From Gemmataceae bacterium (GTDB taxonomy: Bacteria > Planctomycetota > Planctomycetia > Gemmatales > Gemmataceae): a stretch of 39,411 nucleotides of DNA. The notes beneath the pieces are model-generated. The model made no database searches. It was not told the origin of the DNA and worked only from the letters and a program-made list of their open reading frames with translations. The stretch is taken from contig DATKHW010000362.1 of assembly GCA_035546275.1 (NCBI GenBank), forward strand, positions 1 to 39,411. The letters run 5' to 3'. Of this stretch, positions 33,192 through 39,411 are shown in pieces. Position 1 is the first letter of the stretch, and every line of letters begins with the position of its first letter. Both the position numbers and the translations under genes were made by a program.

Positions 33192-33761
33192 ATGGTTCGG
33201 AATGGCTCCGATCACGGTCAGGATCATGCCGGACTGGATATTCCGATTCTTCAAGCCGTGGCCCGAGCTCGGCGCTTGGACTGGTTCCAGGTCCTGTATG
33301 CCCGTATTGTCCTGGCCGTCGCTGGTGGGGAACCCGTTGGCTGGGTGGCCTCCCGTATGGAATGTGATCCGGCCACCGTCTGGCGGCTGTGTCGCCGCTA
33401 CGAGCAAGGCGGCTGGCGACACCTCCTGCTGGACGCACCCCGCCTGGGGCGTCCCCTGGAGATTTCACCCCTCCAGCGGGCTCGGATCGTTGAACTGGCT
33501 TGCCTGGCGCCAATCGCCGAGGGGTTGCACATCCCGCATTGGGCCAGCCTGGATTTGGCCAGGCAGGCGGTCGCCGACGGCATCGTGGACGCCATCAACC
33601 CACGCACCGTCCGGCGAATCATGCACGACGTGGACTTGCAGCCGCATCGTACGCGGCGCCGGAGGACGACCCGCCAGGACGCCCGCCCAAGTGCGCCGAA
33701 ACGGAAATTAGAAACGCTCTCCTCTCACGGTGAGAATTACTTGATTGACCAGGTTGGGTGA
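33192..33761 (+). mobile_element. IS630-family transposase relic (N-terminal HTH part only, no DDE domain)
   Basis: ARIVLAVAGGEPVGWVASRM..VWRLCRRYEQGG..DAPRLGRPLEISPLQRARIVELAC..HWASLDLA..INPRTVRRIMHDVDLQPHRTR matches IS630 OrfA-type N-termini. The sequence degenerates after PHRTR and no catalytic domain follows. Confidence 0.7.
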
Positions 33762-33861
33762 ACGATTCCCAGCGATTTGATCCGCGACGCAAGGCTCACA
33801 GTCTTCAGCCGGAGCAATTCTGCTTTGCGCCGAGGGCCGGACGCCTAGCCGTTCGCGGCTC

Positions 33862-36800
33862 CTAGCGCTTCTCTGCCGGCTGAATCAGCGCTTCAGCCTC
33901 GCGGCGCAGGACATGCGCTTCCAGCCAGTTGTGCAGGTGCAGCCCGACCTCCGCTTCGGCACTGGCAGGCATCCTGTCGCCGTACTGATCGAGCCACGCC
34001 TGGGCCTTGCCCAGCCAGCGCCGCGCCTCCTCGGACCTCCCGAGGCGCTGGTTGGTCAGGGCCAACCACAGCCAGTTCAGCACCGCCCGGCCGGGCGTGG
34101 CGTCGGCCATCAGACTCTGCTCGAAGAGGGGCGCCGCCTCCTGGAACCGGCCGGCCCGGGACGCCAAGGCGCCTTGCTCGGTCAGTGACCAGAATTCTCG
34201 GGAGCCCTGGAGCTCCTTCTCCGCCAGGCGGTTCGGCAGCGACATGTCCGCGACGGCATGGGGGGCCAGCGTCCAGGCGCGGGCCACGTGGTACGGCCGC
34301 GGCCCCTTGTCGTTGCCACACCGGTCCACCAGGTGGGCGCACGCCTTGCATGTAGCCCGGGCGATCGCCGGACAACAGAAGGAGGGCGGCGTACTCGAAC
34401 CAGAAGCGGCCGTCGTCCGTCGGGCCGCGCGTCAAGCCCTGTGCGTAACAGTCGGCGGCCTGGGCCCAGTCCCGATGGGCGGCGTACGCCCGGCCCTGCT
34501 CCACCGGGTCGGCGGCGACCACCGGCGCCACAGCCGCCCAGAAGTGCTGCCACGGCTCGCGCTCCGCGTCGGGCAACTTCGCCAGCGCCGCCGGGTCCCG
34601 CACGCTGGCCAGGGCAGGATCCATTTGCCAGGCCGCGACCGACTGTGCCGACAATTTGCCGTCCCGCAGCAGATTAGTCGTGAGTTCCAGGTCGGCCCGC
34701 AGCCAGGCCAGCGCTTGGCGGCGCTTGTCGGCTTGCTCCGGCTCACCGAGCCGCTCCTTCTGGGAGCCTTGGCCGGCCGCTGCCCGGACGGCATCGCTGG
34801 CGGCGGCATACAAGCTGGAGCTGAGGCCCTTCTGGGCCACAGTGGAGTCGGGGTCGATGCGGAGGGCTTGCTGGTAGTGGTCGATGGCCTCCTTCAGCCG
34901 GCCCTTTATGCTCAGGGCACGGCCGAGGTTGGTGTGGCACGCGGCGGCGATCCTAGGATCGTCGAGCCGAAGAGCCTGCTCGAAGTGGTCGATGGCCTCG
35001 TCCAGCAGACCCTTATCGGCCAGAGCAGTGCCGAGGTTGGCGTGGGCCCAAGCGAAATGGGGGTCAATGCCGACGGCCTGCTCGAAGTGGTCGATGGCTT
35101 CGTCCAGCCGGCCCTGAATTTGCAGGACGACGCCCAGGTTCTGGTGGGCCACGTCGGACCTGGGGTCGAGCTGGAGGGCTTCCTCAAAGTACTCACCGGC
35201 TTCCTTTCTCCGGCCCAGATTGAACAGCGCGGTGCCGAGCCCGTTATAGGCCGCACTGGACTCAGGACGCACCGCCAGGGCCGCACGGAGGTGACCGACG
35301 GCCTCCTCGACCGCCCGCCCTGATCCAGCGCCAAGCCCAGCTTGAGGTTGAGCCGGAAGTCCTGTGGCGCCCGTTTTTGCGCGGCGGTTAGAAGTGGCGC
35401 CGCATCCATGCCCTTCAAGCGCAAAACGCGCCCGAGAGCGGTAGCCATTTCCGGGGATAGCGCGGCAACCTTCAGGTCCTCGGGCAGATTGGCCAGCTGT
35501 TTACCGTCGTTCCACAAGTCTGGCTGGCGCAGGCGGGCTCGCGCTGGATTCGGGTCGGCCTTTCGGGCCACTGCCAAAAGCCACTCCCGCCGTGGACCGT
35601 CCCGAGTGATGGCGGCCCAGTCATCGAGGGCGGCGATGACCTCCGCACTCACTGCCGACTTTTGCACGCTCGCCGCCACGGCCTCGACGTCGGCGCCCTC
35701 TCGACCCAACCCCGCTTCGGCAAACGCCGACGCGTACAGCAGCTCAACGCGCGCCAGGTCGAATTGCTGCCTTCTGGCCGTTGCCGCCTTTACCCGGGCG
35801 GCGTCCAGGCGTTCTGCCAGGTCCAGGTCGGCCCGGCCCTGGTCCACCTGTCGGCGCAGGTCATCCGGCCCCGCCGCGTCCAGCCGCTGCCGGGCCTGCT
35901 CCAGCAACTCCCGCGCCTCGCGGAAGTGGAACCCGTTGCGGAGACTTGCCGCCTGAGCTACGGCGGTTCTAATTTCGTTGCGTAAGTCGGCGTCGAGCCG
36001 AGCCACCTCCACCCGCCGCTCAGCCCGCTGCTGAAGCAGCCACACCCCGGCGCCGCTCGCCAGCCCGACCAGAGCCAGCATTGTCATCGCCAATGCCGCG
36101 GCCATCGGCTTGCGCCGACACCAGCGCCAGAGCTGCGATCCTAGGCTCAAAGGCCTGGCCTGGATCGGTCGTCCCTCCCCGAAGCGCCTCAGGTCGTCGG
36201 CCAGCGCCGCGGCGCTGGCGTAGCGGCGCTCCGGCTCCTTACTCAGGCACTTCAGGCAAATGGTTTCCAGGTCGCACGGCAGCCGAGGGTTCAGCCGCGA
36301 CGGCGGCACGGGGTCCTGGAAGAGCACCTGCTGCACCGTTTCCGCCGCCGTCTCCCCCCGGAACGGCGGCCGGCCCGTCAGCATCTCGTAGAGGATCGCC
36401 CCCAGCGCGTACACGTCCACGGCCGGCCGGATGGCCTGAGTCTGACCCCGGGCCTGCTCGGGGGCCATGTAGCTCGGCGTCCCCATCGGGACGCCGCTCT
36501 GGGTCAGGCCCGCGCCGCCTTCCAGGAGCCGGGCCAGCCCGAAGTCGCTGATCTTGGGCGTGCCGTCGGCGGTCAGCAGGACGTTGCCCGGCTTCAGGTC
36601 GCGGTGGATGATCCCGCACGTATGGGCCGCGTGGACGGCCCCGGCCAGAACAGCCAGCAGCGCGGCGGCTTCGCGGGTCGGCTGAGGCGCGCCCGCGAGC
36701 TTCTGGGCCAGGCTGCCCCCCTCGATCAGTTCCATGGTGAGGTACGGCCGCCCGTCCGCCTCGCCGACGTCATAAATCTGCACCACGTTCGGGTGCCGCA

Positions 36801-37230
36801 GCCCGGCCGCCGCCTCCGCCTCGCGCGGGAATCGCTCCCGCTCGCGCGGCTCGGCGAAATCGCCGGCGAGCGCCATCTTCAGCGCGACCAGCCGCTTGAG
36901 CCGCAGGTGTCTAGCCCGAAAAACGATCCCCATGCCGCCGCGGCCCAGCACCGCTTCGACTTCGTAGCCCGGGATTCGCGGAAGGGCCGCATCCCTCGGC
37001 GGGTGCGGAGTCAGTGCATCCCTCGGCGGGAAATGAGCGTCCAGCATCGTGCTTGAAGCGTCTGGCGGCGGGAAGAGGGCGTCGAGGTCGGCGCGGACGC
37101 GGCACATCCGCCGCCACTGTTTGCGGACCATGGGCAGCAACTCGGGGCACGACGCGCACACCGCCTCCGGCGTGGCGTACCCGTCGAGGAGTTCGTCGAG
37201 CAGTTCCTGGACTCGTGGATCGTCGGCCAT
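33862..37230 (-). pseudogene. paralogue of the 18736-22134 Ser/Thr kinase, split over three frames by two frameshifts
   Basis: Frame 1 (37230 to about 35318) carries the CxxC N-terminus, intact Hanks motifs and the TM helix. Frame 2 (about 35317 to 34346) carries TPR repeats. Frame 3 (about 34344 to 33862) carries the C-terminus ending HVLRREAEALI as in the paralogue. The junctions restore collinearity with the paralogue. Confidence 0.8.
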
Positions 37231-37263
37231 GATGCGACTTCCCCCCCTTGGGCCGGGATCGAG

Positions 37264-37881
37264 CTAAGGCGCGTCCGATTCCTCGTCGCCCGAGTACAGA
37301 TCTCCGAGCGTGGCGGCCAACAGTTTCAGGGCGCGGTTCAGACGCCGGTTGACCGTCATCACCGAAACCTCAAGCACCTGGGCCGCCTCGGATTGCGACA
37401 TTCCCTGAATCCGGACCAGGTCGAGCGCCTCGCGATCGCGCTCCGGCAGACCGTCGATCGCCGCCAAAATGCGGCGGCTGTCCGGGGAGAGGCCGGAGTC
37501 GCTGCTGGGCGCGACGGCCGCCGACTCGTCGCGCAGCTCCACGGCGGCAGGCTGTTCATCTAAGCGGCGGGCTATATCATTCAGCTCCCATCGCATGTGC
37601 TGACAGGCCAGGGCGAAGAACTGCCGCGCGCTCGCCGGGCGGGCCTCACGCAGCGCCTTGAGCAGCCGTTCAACCACGGCCCCGAGCATCTCGTCCACCT
37701 GCAGGTTCACCGGCGGCCTGGTCAGCCGAGGGTAGCTGCGGTATAGCATCGCGGCACAGAGTTGGTGCAGGCGGCGGACGGCCCTGCTGAGCAGGGCCCG
37801 GACCACCGGCTCGGCAGGCGAGTGGCCGGCCAGTGCGTCCAGGTAGCGCTGGACGGCGACGGTGGTGGGTTCCGCGTCCAT
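37264..37881 (-). CDS. ECF-type sigma factor, paralogue of 18121-18717
   Basis: MDAEPTTVAVQRYLDALAG..QHMRWELNDIARRLDEQPAA..LPERDREALDLVRIQGMSQSEAAQVLEVSVMTVNRRLNRAL. Its stop lies 33 nt before the kinase start. Confidence 0.88.
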   Translation of the reverse strand: MDAEPTTVAVQRYLDALAGHSPAEPVVRALLSRAVRRLHQLCAAMLYRSYPRLTRPPVNLQVDEMLGAVVERLLKALREARPASARQFFALACQHMRWELNDIARRLDEQPAAVELRDESAAVAPSSDSGLSPDSRRILAAIDGLPERDREALDLVRIQGMSQSEAAQVLEVSVMTVNRRLNRALKLLAATLGDLYSGDEESDAP

Positions 37882-37977
37882 GGCGACTCCGGTCGGAGCA
37901 CGACAACGGCGGGGAAATTATACCGCGTCGGGATGTTACGCCGCCACGCTTAGGAGGATGGAGCATAGATATTCCCG

Positions 37978-39411
<1,434 letters not shown>

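Noticed and set aside
34342-35320. Programmed ribosomal frameshifting or slippage to explain the split kinase
   Set aside because: There is no slippery heptamer (X XXY YYZ) or obvious downstream stimulatory structure at either junction. Two events of opposite kind in one gene are better explained by mutation or sequencing error in G/C runs.

Overview
GC-rich (about two-thirds G+C by eye, not computed) chromosomal window that looks planctomycetal (Gemmata-like). Supporting marks: ECF sigma genes fused in operons to Ser/Thr kinases, a secreted protein with a C-terminal domain resembling the Planctomycetes-specific TIGR03000 domain, and many GC-rich palindromic repeats. I support about 27 genes. 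Left to right: the tail of a molybdopterin-oxidoreductase operon (FdnH-like FeS subunit, NrfD-like anchor); a lipoprotein; a canonical NtrC-type sigma54 activator divergent from a 1406-aa hybrid histidine kinase; an aldo/keto reductase; a Gly/Tyr/His-rich secreted protein; an RND pump, adaptor and Gln-rich secreted protein operon; a triad of sigma54 activator, ECF sigma and TPR Ser/Thr kinase; a polytopic membrane Ser/Thr kinase; a stress island (two catalase-related haem proteins, cytochrome b561, Dps, FAD disulfide reductase, SDR, zwf relic, USP, ACP-like, DUF4142-like, DinB); an IS630 relic; and a mirror-image second triad whose kinase carries two frameshifts. Main hunt results: (1) the duplicated, inverted triad in which both activators have degenerate receiver domains, one lacking the phospho-acceptor Asp; (2) at least two back-to-back pairs of good sigma54 (-24/-12) promoter matches at the right distance from stress-island genes, plus weaker ones; (3) several families of palindromic repeats, some inserted in frame in the histidine kinase, the RND pump and its adaptor; (4) a likely gene-conversion tract between two activator paralogues; (5) decay marks (frameshifted kinase, zwf relic with in-frame TAA, transposase stub). 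All family calls come from motif recognition by eye; no searches were run.
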